Assembly (NCBI GenBank): GCA_963662695.2
Contig: CAXXDC010000002.1
Span: 650,022-714,021, forward strand
Direction: 5' to 3'
Source: Clostridia bacterium
GTDB lineage: Bacteria; Bacillota; Clostridia; SK-Y3
Length of the DNA: 64,000 nucleotides
Made by a program: the position numbers and the translations under genes. Below are positions 36,643 to 46,891 of the stretch, piece after piece; position 1 is the stretch's first letter; the number at the start of each line of letters is the position of its first letter. A model generated the notes under the pieces. The model made no database searches and was not told the DNA's origin. It worked only from the letters and a program-made list of their open reading frames with translations.

Positions 36643-37515
36643 CTAGAATAGTTTCCCCATACTTTCGACAATCTGTAATATCATCACCACAAGATACATC
36701 ATAATAAAGCACCCAAGCATAAGCATTGAATACCTTCGTATTTTGGCAGGACGCTTCATCACCTCTGCTTTTAGTCTTTGAAGTTCTAATTGTTTGAAAT
36801 CATGGGATAGCATCTGAAAGTAGACCACGTTGTTATCACCACGAATGACACCAATAAGACCTCTAATCACATCTGATAGCATACTACTTCCTATCCTTGT
36901 TTCAAATCGTGTTAACGCTGATTCTACATTACCTGTTTTCATATCCGCTACAGTAATTTCTAATTCTCTTTTAAATATCCCACTTGCGTTATTCTTATAG
37001 GTATCTAAAATAGATAGCACATCTCTACTTGCTTGTAATTCTTGTGTAAGGGTTGATACAAAACGTGGTAATTCATATTCTATGACATTTTTGCTTTTTT
37101 TTAATATTTCATCTGCACTACCTATTTCTTTAAAGTATATTAATATGCTAACAACTAATATTACTGGTGATAAGATTGGAAATATGTATAAAGCAGGTAC
37201 AACACATAATAGTGTCATACCTGCTTTCACATAGGCTCTTGCTATAAAGGTTTCTGGTATTAATGGGATATTGGCTGATTTTAAAGCCATGGACAGCTTT
37301 CTTCTTTTGTATCGTCCCAACTTTATGTATTTCCCTATTTTCTCCGACAATTCAAGTATTATTACGTCTAGTAACTTAGGGTTTTTATTTCCCTTTTTAC
37401 TCACTGCTATATAGGTCTTATTAGCTCTTTTTGATGGTATTTTGAATATATCTAAAAGTATTAGAAAAAGCCCTGTACCAAAGCACAGAGCGAATAATGT
37501 TAATATTTTAATCAA
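36643..37515 (-). CDS. TadC-like type II secretion system F-domain membrane protein
   Basis: T2SSF-type segment YELPRFVSTLTQELQASRDVLSILDTY...VADMKTGNVESALTRFETRIGSSMLSDVIRGL, flanked by TM helices. Confidence 0.7.
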   Translation of the reverse strand: MIKILTLFALCFGTGLFLILLDIFKIPSKRANKTYIAVSKKGNKNPKLLDVIILELSEKIGKYIKLGRYKRRKLSMALKSANIPLIPETFIARAYVKAGMTLLCVVPALYIFPILSPVILVVSILIYFKEIGSADEILKKSKNVIEYELPRFVSTLTQELQASRDVLSILDTYKNNASGIFKRELEITVADMKTGNVESALTRFETRIGSSMLSDVIRGLIGVIRGDNNVVYFQMLSHDFKQLELQRLKAEVMKRPAKIRRYSMLMLGCFIMMYLVVMILQIVESMGKLF

Positions 37516-37535
37516 GTTTTTTCCTCCTTGTTGAA

Positions 37536-38543
37536 CTAGCTTTTTTTAGATTGCTTAATGAGCTGCTCTGCATTGTCTATTGATTCTATAAAATGCTTCT
37601 CCACTGTTGTTAATTCGGTTTTTATTTTTTCTTTGTACTTTTCGTATTCAAGGTTGGCTTTTTCTTTTGCTTGATTATGACTTATTGTACCTGCATGATT
37701 TAATATTTCATTATCAGTCATTTTTAAGAAATCATCTAATTTTGTTAACCAATCTTTCATATACATTGGTTTCTTCCTAATAGCTTGCAATTCGGCAAAT
37801 TCTAAGTATGCTGTTACTATTCTGTTTAATATATTTATTTCGTCTTCTTCTAGATAGTTTTTAGCAATTATTGCATCTGCTTTTTTCGGCTTATCTCCTG
37901 TAAATGCTGTCATTCCCATATGTGGTAATCCTGCATTTGCTCTATTGTATATGATTTCTGCTGCTGTATGACCATGTGCTGCCCAGTGCATTTTATTTTG
38001 AATTATTTTGAAAAAGATTATTGAACTTTCTACCTTTGGATCATAATCAATACTAGTAGCATATATATCTAATACTTTTCTCCAAAATACCTTTTCAGAG
38101 GAACGAATATCTCTGATTCTTTCTAATAGCTCGTCAAAGTAATTGCCACCACCAGCTTTTTTTAGAAGTTCGTCATTCATTGTAAATCCTTTTATGATGT
38201 ATTCTCTTAGTCTTTCTGTAGCCCAAATACGAAATTGTGTTCCTCTGTGAGATTTTACTCTGTAGCCTACTGATATTATTACATCAAGATTATAATGCTT
38301 TACTTCATAGGTTTTTCCGTCTGTAGCAGTTGTTGCAAAATTTGCAACAACTAAATTTTTCTCAAGTTCTCCTTCTTTAAAGATATTATTTATATGTCTT
38401 GAAATAACTGATTTATCTCGTTGAAATAACTCACACATTTGTGCTTGTGACAACCATACTGTGTCTTGTTCCATTGTTACCTCAATCTTTGTCTGCCCAT
38501 CTCCTGTTTGATATATAATCATTTCTGATTTATTTATATCCAT
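37536..38543 (-). CDS. RhuM-family (virulence protein RhuM) protein
   Basis: IIYQTGDGQTKIEVTMEQDTVWLSQAQMCELFQRDKSVISRHINNIFKEGEL...VISVGYRVKSHRGTQFRIWATERLREYIIKGF is a near-canonical RhuM family N-terminus. Confidence 0.85.
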   Translation of the reverse strand: MDINKSEMIIYQTGDGQTKIEVTMEQDTVWLSQAQMCELFQRDKSVISRHINNIFKEGELEKNLVVANFATTATDGKTYEVKHYNLDVIISVGYRVKSHRGTQFRIWATERLREYIIKGFTMNDELLKKAGGGNYFDELLERIRDIRSSEKVFWRKVLDIYATSIDYDPKVESSIIFFKIIQNKMHWAAHGHTAAEIIYNRANAGLPHMGMTAFTGDKPKKADAIIAKNYLEEDEINILNRIVTAYLEFAELQAIRKKPMYMKDWLTKLDDFLKMTDNEILNHAGTISHNQAKEKANLEYEKYKEKIKTELTTVEKHFIESIDNAEQLIKQSKKS

Positions 38544-38628
38544 AAGTAATCACACCATTCTTAAAGGTATTTGTTGTCTTTATTATAATAATATTTTCTA
38601 GTTTTTTCAAACGTTTGAACATTTTTAT

Positions 38629-39567
38629 TTATCTCTTGTACTCAACTGGCTTGCTATGTTTTACTACTCCTGCTATTGATATAAATAATACTACTGTGCA
38701 TATGGCAAGTACACCTTTTCCTATTGGCGTGAACATCAGTGATTTATACCATTCTTTATTTAGAAAATATATGAGTGGTATATTACCGATTAATAGTGAT
38801 GCCATCATCATAAATTCTTTTACTGGCTCATATAGCATGTTGTCTAGTTCGCCTGATACGATTCGCATATCTGATAATTTTGTGACAATTGGGGTTAGTG
38901 TGCTTTTTAGGTTTTTATCTTCTTGGCAGTCTATTATTGCATCTACCCATTGCCTGAATACGTCACTGTCTATCTTGCTTTTTAGCTTTTCTAGTGCCAT
39001 TTTTATATTTGCATTAATAAGCTTACTGTCCATTAGAAAAGATTTGAATACCTCGTCTACTGGTGGGTTGATATAGTCTATATTTTCTTCTATTGCTGTG
39101 ATAATGCTATCACTTCTCATATATGATGTTGTTATTACTGATAATGCAGTTTCTAATTCTCCATTGAGTTCTTTTTTCCATTTTGTTGCTACCAGTTTTA
39201 CATACCAAAAAGGGGTAAGTGCAAAGCCTATTCCAAGCACAGGAGTTAATACGATGTTCTTTATAAGTATGGCAATGAACATGCCAATTATTGATAATAT
39301 AATGGATGTTATCAGTATTATAATGAAGCGTTCTTCTTTTCCTGTCATCTTTAGGATTTCTTTTGTTTCTGTTATTAAATGCTTTATCCCTTTTGTTTTT
39401 TTCTTTTTCGTTACTGATAAGACCTTTTGCCTCATATTTGCTTTCTTGTTAGGTTTTATTCTTTTGATATAATCAATGATTTCTATTGGTGATATTTTTA
39501 GTAGATTAAAAAATCCCAATATCATTAGTATTAAAGCTATAAATAACATGCTACTCACCTTTTGCAC
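38629..39567 (-). CDS. TadB-like type II secretion system F-domain membrane protein
   Basis: TM helices flank a cytoplasmic T2SSF-like domain (ELETALSVITTSYMRSDSIITAIEENIDYI...). It is adjacent to the CpaF-like ATPase. Confidence 0.65.
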   Translation of the reverse strand: MQKVSSMLFIALILMILGFFNLLKISPIEIIDYIKRIKPNKKANMRQKVLSVTKKKKTKGIKHLITETKEILKMTGKEERFIIILITSIILSIIGMFIAILIKNIVLTPVLGIGFALTPFWYVKLVATKWKKELNGELETALSVITTSYMRSDSIITAIEENIDYINPPVDEVFKSFLMDSKLINANIKMALEKLKSKIDSDVFRQWVDAIIDCQEDKNLKSTLTPIVTKLSDMRIVSGELDNMLYEPVKEFMMMASLLIGNIPLIYFLNKEWYKSLMFTPIGKGVLAICTVVLFISIAGVVKHSKPVEYKR

Positions 39568-40882
39568 CTCCTAGAAAGATCCGCAATTCGGTTTTTGACA
39601 TACCATTCTCAAGGAGTCTTTTTTGCATTGTTACTGAAATATCGTTGACCTTTTCATAATGTCCTATTATTTTTTGTTTGCCTTTTACAAATATATTGTC
39701 AGTAACATTATAACGATACAAAGTGCGTATCTCTCTTATACTATCTGATTTGATTTCACACTCTGTAATTTCCATGATATGTCTTGTGTTATCTTCTAAC
39801 TTCTTACAAAATGCAATAATGGGAAAGGCTTCTGTTACAAGGTTATATAGTGTTTTTTCATCCATATCATATCGTTGTTTACATAGTGTTACCATACGAT
39901 AATAAGTGGCTATGCAGGAGTTAGCATGGATAGTCGTTGAAACCCCATGTCCACTCCTTGCTGATTCTTGGGCATAGAAGGCTTCATCACTTTTCATCTC
40001 GGCTACACATATATAGTCTGGGTTGACTGTTAATGCTGTTTCTAGAAGTTTTGCCATTGTTATGGACTGCTTTGGATCATCACTATATCTTGTTACGGTA
40101 TGAATTACATTGTTAATGACCTCACCCTTATCATTTTTCTTGACCAAATTGAACTCACGAGTCCCGTTTTCTATTGTAAATAGTCTTTTATCGTTGGGTA
40201 ATGTGGATAGGATATAACTCATTAATGTTGTTTTTCCACTGGATGTTGCTCCTGTAAAACAGATGCTTTCACCATATTTATGAGTAAGTGTTAAAAAACT
40301 AAGCATTTCTTCGCTTGCAGTGCCACTTTTTATAAAATCATTTTTTGTTAGCTTTCTTGGGTTAACGATACGTATGGACACGGCTACCCCTATTTCTTTA
40401 TCTACAACTCCTTTTGCAATAGCTGTTATACGAATTTTATCACTTAAATGACCTACTACAATTGGCTGTGAACTATCTAATATCATACCACTTTGATGAA
40501 GCAATCTTCTTATTACATCCATTGCATGGGTAGGTGAATTGAAATGCTCTTTTGCTGGTAATATTTCACCGCTTGAATAGGTGACTTTTATGTCGTTATA
40601 GCTGTTTATATTTATTTCTTCTATGTCGTTTCTATTCAGATATTCTGTTAGAAAACTATATTCTGCCATTTCTATATAGAGTCTTTCTGTAAGCCTTTCT
40701 TCTGTATATCCTTCTACCTTTAAGTTGTTGTCTTCTATATATTTCTTTATGAAGGCTTTCATCTGTGTTTTACTGTTTTGTATATCTTCAGCTATCAGTA
40801 TGAAATATTTACTGGATATATGCTCTTGAACTCTTCGTAAAACTTCTGTAAAATCCATGTATTTATGCATCTTTATCACCAT
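39551..40882 (-). CDS. CpaF/TadA-family secretion ATPase (T2SS/T4P/VirB11 superfamily)
   Basis: Walker A GATSSGKTT, Walker B/Asp box (DYICVAEMKSDEA) and His box (GHGVSTTIHANS). Confidence 0.88.
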   Translation of the reverse strand: MVIKMHKYMDFTEVLRRVQEHISSKYFILIAEDIQNSKTQMKAFIKKYIEDNNLKVEGYTEERLTERLYIEMAEYSFLTEYLNRNDIEEININSYNDIKVTYSSGEILPAKEHFNSPTHAMDVIRRLLHQSGMILDSSQPIVVGHLSDKIRITAIAKGVVDKEIGVAVSIRIVNPRKLTKNDFIKSGTASEEMLSFLTLTHKYGESICFTGATSSGKTTLMSYILSTLPNDKRLFTIENGTREFNLVKKNDKGEVINNVIHTVTRYSDDPKQSITMAKLLETALTVNPDYICVAEMKSDEAFYAQESARSGHGVSTTIHANSCIATYYRMVTLCKQRYDMDEKTLYNLVTEAFPIIAFCKKLEDNTRHIMEITECEIKSDSIREIRTLYRYNVTDNIFVKGKQKIIGHYEKVNDISVTMQKRLLENGMSKTELRIFLGGAKGE

Positions 40883-41669
40883 CTTTCTTTTTTAATTTTG
40901 GGAATGCAAATTTCTTTTTGCTTTCTTTTTTTCTTATTTCTCCAGTAATTTTTTCTGCTAGATTTAATAGTGTATTATTGTATCCTTGGCTTTGTTTATC
41001 TTGTAATTCCTCAAAAAGAAGACCTTCTCTATACTGATTTTGAATTTCCTTAGTATAGGGAAGATCGTATGATATTTCGCCATAATGGTTGGTTATGATG
41101 GCTTTGGGTTCATGTTCTTCAATTTTTGAGAGGATTTTCATATGGATATTCAGGTTATATGATTTTTCTATCATTAACGGCAATATGGATTTAAAATAGC
41201 TTATACTTTTTAAATCGCTTCCACATGTCCTAATGGTTTCATCTGCTAGTTTAATCGCTGTTTTTGATAGAATATCGCAATGTATATATGATGATGTGTC
41301 TAATATTACATATTCTACAATATGGGATAGGTTAATAATTAGTTCCCTTGCTCTGTCTTCCTCATAATCTGCATAAGTTTTATGATTCTCACCTTGTGCA
41401 TATCCTATGAATGCTAGATTTTTATTACTTTTTATTGTTATTAGGTTTTTTAGAATATCTTCTTGTGTCAATGTAGGCACTTCTAATACTTTTCCAAGTG
41501 ATTTGTCTTTTTCAGAGCTGTAGGGGAGTATCGTTCCAAGTGGTGGAGCTACCATATCACAGTGTACTACTATTGTGTTATGCGTTATTGAAAGCTGATT
41601 AGCCAATTTGGTGCTAAATAATGTTTTGCCACTGTTTGGACTGCCCCATATGGTTATTATCTTACTCAT
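40863..41669 (-). CDS. ParA/MinD-like P-loop ATPase (CpaE/TadZ-like)
   Basis: N-terminal P-loop IWGSPNSGKTLFS. 268 aa, between the CpaB-like and CpaF-like genes. Confidence 0.6.
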   Translation of the reverse strand: MSKIITIWGSPNSGKTLFSTKLANQLSITHNTIVVHCDMVAPPLGTILPYSSEKDKSLGKVLEVPTLTQEDILKNLITIKSNKNLAFIGYAQGENHKTYADYEEDRARELIINLSHIVEYVILDTSSYIHCDILSKTAIKLADETIRTCGSDLKSISYFKSILPLMIEKSYNLNIHMKILSKIEEHEPKAIITNHYGEISYDLPYTKEIQNQYREGLLFEELQDKQSQGYNNTLLNLAEKITGEIRKKESKKKFAFPKLKKKDGDKDA

Positions 41670-42427
41670 TACTTATCACCCCTATTTCTGTTAATTGCTT
41701 CTTCTGTTGTTCCTATGAATATTTTTTCTTGCTGTTCTAAAAAAGCCTTTGTGTTGTTTTCGTTTCCACGATACACAAAGGCTAGATGTATTTTACCATT
41801 GGCTTCTAAGTCAGCTAATTGTATGGCTTGTTGTTCTGAAACTTTTAATGTTACTGTTGCTGGCAACTCTTTTTCCTCTCCCTTATTATTATCTGTTTCT
41901 TCTGTATCATACCCTGTTCCCAGTGTTACAGCTAACACCTCAACGTATTTTAATTCTTTTGGAGATAGGGTTTCTTTTTTGTCACCGTAATCTGCTACAT
42001 ATACTGATACGATATCACCTTTTTTAAGTTTGCCTGATAGTCCACTTGCAAAATTCCTAATGGTTACTGATATGGCTCTTTTATTTCCATCAAATTCTTC
42101 AAGATAACCGTATTCAGCTAACGAGGTATCGGATAGTTTTGGCTGTAGAATGTAGTCACCTTTGAGAATGTCAGTAGTTGCGTACTTGCCTATGACACTT
42201 TCTTTGTTTTTGATAACTTCATTTGGTAGGTTGTAGCCACCTACTTCAATGGTTTGTATCATATTTGATGTGATTTCGTCACCTACATTAATATCTTTTG
42301 TAATTTTTACTATTTTTACTTTGTTTGCTACTGCTTTATTAAACAGTGGTGTTAAACCAAAGCAAATGAAAAGAGATAGCACTATGGATGCTATCCCTAG
42401 GGTGGTTCTGTTTTTTAGTTTTTTCAT
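41669..42427 (-). CDS. CpaB/RcpC-like Flp pilus assembly protein (SAF domain)
   Basis: N-terminal TM helix, then VKIVKITKDINVGDEITSNMIQTIEVGGYNLP (SAF-like) and a C-terminal beta-rich domain. Confidence 0.7.
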   Translation of the reverse strand: MKKLKNRTTLGIASIVLSLFICFGLTPLFNKAVANKVKIVKITKDINVGDEITSNMIQTIEVGGYNLPNEVIKNKESVIGKYATTDILKGDYILQPKLSDTSLAEYGYLEEFDGNKRAISVTIRNFASGLSGKLKKGDIVSVYVADYGDKKETLSPKELKYVEVLAVTLGTGYDTEETDNNKGEEKELPATVTLKVSEQQAIQLADLEANGKIHLAFVYRGNENNTKAFLEQQEKIFIGTTEEAINRNRGDK

Positions 42428-42686
42428 GTGGTTTGTCCTCCCATTAAATTTCTCAATGTAGGCTAGATATATCTCTTACACTATACTCTCTCCTAACAAA
42501 TCAAAATCATATTATTATGAAATATTTTATACAATTTTTTGATTCTCTTAGATTCTCTTTTTATCATTTGTCGTTTTACTTTACTGCGGATAGGATAATA
42601 AAAGGCACTGACATACTGCAGTATTTTAAGCTTTTATATCCATTGCTTATATCTTATCTCCCACAAGATATTGGTTTTCTGACAAG

Positions 42687-43385
42687 TTATCTTTCTTGAT
42701 CAAAATCTGAAAGTTCGTCTAAAAGTTCTGTTTTGATTTGTTCAAAGTCATAGGGCATATCTACTTCGCTTTTCGCAGTGAAGTCATCATTAATAAAGAT
42801 ACTCAGGTCAAAATCTTTTGTTGGTATAGAAACGTTAATAGGAAAAAGTGGTGTTGCTGAAAGCCCGTTGAACATTGCAGCTAATACTTTAAATTCCCCA
42901 CCTTTATCAGACACAAGTAACTTATATCCTTCTACAAGGAATGCTGGTTCTATTCCATTTTCAGTATGAACCTCATAATAAATTTCACAAATCACTTCAT
43001 AAATATTGTTGTCTAACAATTCAATCGAAAAAGTGCGAACTTCACTATCAGCCATCGTCCAAGAACCGCTTATACTCTGCTTTATATTTGCTATTTCTCG
43101 TTTATCTTCCAAAAACTGCTTAAAGATAGTCGCTCTTTCATCAATCAAATAATCTTGATAAGTGTTTTCCGTGGCAAAATCAGATAGTGTTGTATTGATA
43201 AAGTCTAAGGTTTTTGTTCTGATATCTATATCAACATCGCTTATATCGCTATCATTGTTCATCGGATTATCAACATCGCTATCAAATTCACTTTCAAGCT
43301 CACCATTACGTTCTATTGAAAAGAAAACTACTGCAAATATAAAGAGCAAAAATATGCCCATAAACATTAAACTCTTCTTTTTCAT
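42687..43385 (-). CDS. Secreted protein, paralogous to the N-terminal half of the next gene
   Basis: It has a signal/TM N-terminus. KTLDFINTTLSDFATENTYQDYLIDERATIFKQFLEDKREIANIKQ aligns by eye with TLDFISTTLSDFAMETTYQDNLIDNSSTVFKQFLDDKRKITNLKQ of the 402-aa protein. Confidence 0.55.
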   Translation of the reverse strand: MKKKSLMFMGIFLLFIFAVVFFSIERNGELESEFDSDVDNPMNNDSDISDVDIDIRTKTLDFINTTLSDFATENTYQDYLIDERATIFKQFLEDKREIANIKQSISGSWTMADSEVRTFSIELLDNNIYEVICEIYYEVHTENGIEPAFLVEGYKLLVSDKGGEFKVLAAMFNGLSATPLFPINVSIPTKDFDLSIFINDDFTAKSEVDMPYDFEQIKTELLDELSDFDQER

Positions 43386-43525
43386 TCATTATTCCTCCAT
43401 TTATTTATGGTAGTGTAAAGTATAATATAGGAATTATATGCTAACTTAAGCATTAACAGTAGATTAGGCTACCTTTAGTGTATACCCCCAACACGTATTC
43501 ATTCCTTCCTCATAACTATAAAAAA

Positions 43526-43605
43526 TTGTGCTTATAAATGATTGTCAAGCCTGGGCGTAAGCCCATTCATTTAAGGCTTTACAATCATTTATAAAGCATA
43601 ATACA
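43526..43605 (-). terminator. Long compound hairpin followed by a T-run (probable terminator)
   Basis: 14-bp perfect arms TTATAAATGATTGT / ACAATCATTTATAA (43532-43545 / 43581-43594) enclose an inner TGGGC-GTAA-GCCCA hairpin. On the minus strand it is followed by ACAATTTTTTAT. Confidence 0.5.
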
Positions 43606-43678
43606 ATTATAAGGAGTAAGAATCTTGCTCAATTATGTCAACTGTTTTTTATATCTTACTTCATACTACCTTAATTTA

Positions 43679-44887
43679 TTAATCGTAGTAGCCACGCACC
43701 TCAACTTTAGTGTGAGATGAACCAGAATACCTTAGCGAATAATTTCCTTTATAGGGACTTGAATGAGCTGTCACTATAGGGTCACCTCCAGCAGTATGCA
43801 CTATAACAGAATGATATGGGGAGCTACTACTTCCTAAGAATATAATGCTACCAACATCTAAATCTTGAAAGCGAGATACAACTCTTGCTTTTGGACCTAA
43901 TGTATTATTTGATCTCAATAAGAAATTTTTAAGATTTTCTGCTTTTGTCCAGCTTGTACTTCTATTTGAAGAATCTCTATAGTACCAATAAGTATCTCCC
44001 CAAATTCCACTACCAGAATATTCATTAAATGCTGAACCACCAGCACGCAGAATTTGACTAGCATAGTTTGTGCAATCTCCACCACTGCCACTAAAATCTG
44101 CATAATTAGGGTTAAAACTATCATGCCAATTGTTCTGATATGTTGTCATACTGCTTTTCTCTGAAGATGAGAAAAAATTCCAAGTAATTGATTTTTGAGA
44201 AACACTATCAGTAGTTACTGTGCCTTCTTCCAAAAAGTCATCTTCACTTTCTTTTGAACTCTTCATATTTTGTTCGTTTACCATTTGGTCATGTGCAGTT
44301 ATTAAGCGTTTCTCTATCTCATCAATATCGTAATCTGTCTTATTTTTTTTTGCAGAAGTGTCATTAAGAAAAATACTTAAATCAAAATCTTGCTCTTGTG
44401 TAACAATATTATAAGGATAAATTGTTCCGGATGATAGTCCATTGGACATTGCAGCTAATACTTTTAATTTCCCATCCTCAAAGAAAACATTTAATTTATA
44501 TCCTTCTACAATATGGAATAAATCCTCTTGCCCTTCAACAATAAAATCATATTTGATTTTACAAGTAACCTCATAAATATTATCATTTAGTCTTTCAGCA
44601 GAAAATTCAGTGACTTCTTCGGACATTAACTTCCAAGCACCACTTAATTCCTGTTTTAGGTTGGTTATTTTTCGCTTGTCATCTAAAAACTGTTTAAAAA
44701 CAGTTGAGCTATTATCAATCAAGTTGTCTTGATAAGTGGTTTCCATAGCAAAATCAGATAATGTAGTACTAATAAAGTCTAAGGTTTCTGTTTTTAAATT
44801 CACATCACTATTTGCACTTACAGGAAATACCATCATTGTCATAAGTATTACGGTACTTAAAACGGTTGAAATTATTTTACCTCTCAT
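43679..44887 (-). CDS. Secreted protein with C-terminal putative amidase domain (Amidase_6-like)
   Basis: Signal peptide. C-terminal GGDCTNYASQILRAGG...YWYY...W...HSVIVH pattern of the 'putative amidase domain' family. Confidence 0.55.
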   Translation of the reverse strand: MRGKIISTVLSTVILMTMMVFPVSANSDVNLKTETLDFISTTLSDFAMETTYQDNLIDNSSTVFKQFLDDKRKITNLKQELSGAWKLMSEEVTEFSAERLNDNIYEVTCKIKYDFIVEGQEDLFHIVEGYKLNVFFEDGKLKVLAAMSNGLSSGTIYPYNIVTQEQDFDLSIFLNDTSAKKNKTDYDIDEIEKRLITAHDQMVNEQNMKSSKESEDDFLEEGTVTTDSVSQKSITWNFFSSSEKSSMTTYQNNWHDSFNPNYADFSGSGGDCTNYASQILRAGGSAFNEYSGSGIWGDTYWYYRDSSNRSTSWTKAENLKNFLLRSNNTLGPKARVVSRFQDLDVGSIIFLGSSSSPYHSVIVHTAGGDPIVTAHSSPYKGNYSLRYSGSSHTKVEVRGYYD

Positions 44888-45074
44888 TTTATATTCCTCC
44901 TATAGATTAATTAATTCACTTAACTCTATCAAGTTAAATACTTTGTCCTTGAACTAACAATAACGCCTAGTCTATTTTTACTGTTTTGTTTTACAACCTT
45001 ATATGATTATATTTTTCACAAAACATCTTATCATATAAAGTTACTAATCAAACATATTTAAACCTCTTTGTAAA

Positions 45075-45491
45075 TTAGTACACTTTAGTCTTACTAACAT
45101 AACTTGTGTTTTCTACCATATCTCCATCCACATATGCATATCCATATGAAATCATCCTATACTTATTTCCACTCGCTACATACCACTTACCGCCTGCTCC
45201 ACATCTAGTTCCGTCTCTTGTCTCAGACCAGCTCTTAATCGTCTTCCATTTACCATCTTTATATTGTTGTAATTTAGCTGTGACTTTTACACTATCTACA
45301 TTTCTAGCAACAAGATAGCTATCGACACTTGCTTGTCCATCACTAGAGATGTCAAATGCGTTTTCGAATAATGTAATATTGGTAAATCTTGTTTGATAAT
45401 TTGTTGGTTCTATAATAGATGCATAAGTGGTTGCATTAAATAAAGTGAGTATCAAGCATATGCATATGAAAAATATATATTTCCTTCTCAC
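45075..45491 (-). CDS. Small secreted protein of unknown function
   Basis: Signal peptide YIFFICICLILTLFNATTYA. The likely GTG start at 45491 follows GGAGGTG. It lies downstream of the ECF sigma/anti-sigma pair. Confidence 0.5.
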   Translation of the reverse strand: MRRKYIFFICICLILTLFNATTYASIIEPTNYQTRFTNITLFENAFDISSDGQASVDSYLVARNVDSVKVTAKLQQYKDGKWKTIKSWSETRDGTRCGAGGKWYVASGNKYRMISYGYAYVDGDMVENTSYVSKTKVY

Positions 45492-45561
45492 GTTAATCAC
45501 CTCCCTTCATACTATATAACAATTTAGGGAGGCGATTCGTTACACTTTTTCATAAAATATT

Positions 45562-46296
45562 TTAATTTTTTTCCAAACTTTCTATAACTTCTATTAATTT
45601 TACACTTGTTATATTTGATGTAAAGCTAAAGCTACACTCTTCATTATGCCATATGATTACTGTTTGTTTGTCCTTCTCAATAAGCAACCCATTGTTTCCA
45701 TTAATAGTAATCTCTTTGCTTTTCGCCTCTTCAGTATCAGCCTGATAATTAGTACCATTAAGGGATTGTATCATCAGTATAAATTCATCATCTTTTATAA
45801 ATTCTAAGATTTTTTTGTTATTTAGTATTTCAGCACTTTCTATCCTAAACCCTTCTGGTAAATAACTAGGATAGTAATAATTTCCCCAACTGCTTGGTAT
45901 AATGCTTTCCCTATCTTCATCTATTTGTATACTTGTGTACTTTTCATGCTTCACCATAAAAAAGTTAAATAGTTTTATTCTAAAAGCTTCTACAGTACAT
46001 GTTAATATTGTTCCCGTTGTCAAAACGACAATTATAAATATCGCTACTCTCTTACCTATTTTTTGTGTCTGGTTTATTGCTTTTTTAAGCCTACTCTTTC
46101 TTCTATGTTTTCTTGAAAATTCATCAAACCACTCATCCATGCTAGATGGTATTTCAATCTGATTGATTTCATCTTTTTTTTCATCTAATTCTCTAACAAT
46201 ATTCTCCGTATGACAATACCCTACATAGCGATAATATGATTCCATCATCCTATCTATTTCACCAATATTTTCATTAGATTTTCTCATTAAGTACAA
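45562..46296 (-). CDS. Anti-sigma factor (single-pass membrane, DUF4367-like extracellular domain)
   Basis: It overlaps the sigma gene stop by 23 nt. It has a cytoplasmic N-domain, a TM helix (VAIFIIVVLTTGTILTCTV) and an extracytoplasmic C-domain. Confidence 0.6.
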   Translation of the reverse strand: MYLMRKSNENIGEIDRMMESYYRYVGYCHTENIVRELDEKKDEINQIEIPSSMDEWFDEFSRKHRRKSRLKKAINQTQKIGKRVAIFIIVVLTTGTILTCTVEAFRIKLFNFFMVKHEKYTSIQIDEDRESIIPSSWGNYYYPSYLPEGFRIESAEILNNKKILEFIKDDEFILMIQSLNGTNYQADTEEAKSKEITINGNNGLLIEKDKQTVIIWHNEECSFSFTSNITSVKLIEVIESLEKN

Positions 46297-46837
46297 CTCC
46301 TCCCTCTAACAAAAGCTTTTTCAAACTTTGTCTTGCTCTACACAATTTTACTCTAACATTGCCTTCTGTTAAATCAATTAAATTTGCAATTTCCGCATTT
46401 GTACATTCATGAAAATATTTTAGTGTTAAAATGTCCGCATAACTACTATCTAGTCTAGCAAGTAATTTGGCTATATCTTCTGATTTTTCTAGTCTTATCA
46501 TATGTAACTCGGGAGTAATATCATCATCTGGTAATATTTCTACTATATTATCTATCGATATAGTTTTTCTGTTTTTTCTTTGATTGTATATATTGATGGA
46601 AATGTTTCTAACTATTATAACAAGAAAGGTCTTCGTTTTGTTACACTTAACCTCTGAGATTTTTTTGAGTTGTGATGAAATTTTTATAATTGCATTTTGC
46701 ACTACATCTTCTGCCTCGTGATAATCATTTAATATCCTATTAGCTTCATAAAACAAGTCTTTACGGTAAAGCAAGTATAATTGTTCTAATTTATTACGGA
46801 TATTTTCATCTTCTATAACCATTAAAAATGCCAGCAT
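46274..46837 (-). CDS. ECF-type RNA polymerase sigma-70 factor
   Basis: Region 2 (DYHEAEDVVQNAIIKI) and region 4 HTH (CTNAEIANLIDLTEGNVRVKLCRARQSLKKLL). Confidence 0.85.
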   Translation of the reverse strand: MLAFLMVIEDENIRNKLEQLYLLYRKDLFYEANRILNDYHEAEDVVQNAIIKISSQLKKISEVKCNKTKTFLVIIVRNISINIYNQRKNRKTISIDNIVEILPDDDITPELHMIRLEKSEDIAKLLARLDSSYADILTLKYFHECTNAEIANLIDLTEGNVRVKLCRARQSLKKLLLEGGVVLNEKI

Positions 46838-46891
46838 AATTTCGTCTCTCCTTAATCATTCGTTCCTTATATATTTTATATCAGTAATACT

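Noticed and set aside
38615-39076. 153-aa + strand ORF. Similar long + strand ORFs are at 48434-48910, 20303-20647, 32622-32960, 33149-33472, 36269-36598 and 63137-63484.
   Set aside because: Each lies entirely antisense inside a well-supported minus-strand gene. Their translations are low-complexity and rich in Ser, Leu, Ile and Phe, as expected for the reverse strand of AT-rich coding DNA. None has an RBS or a recognisable motif.
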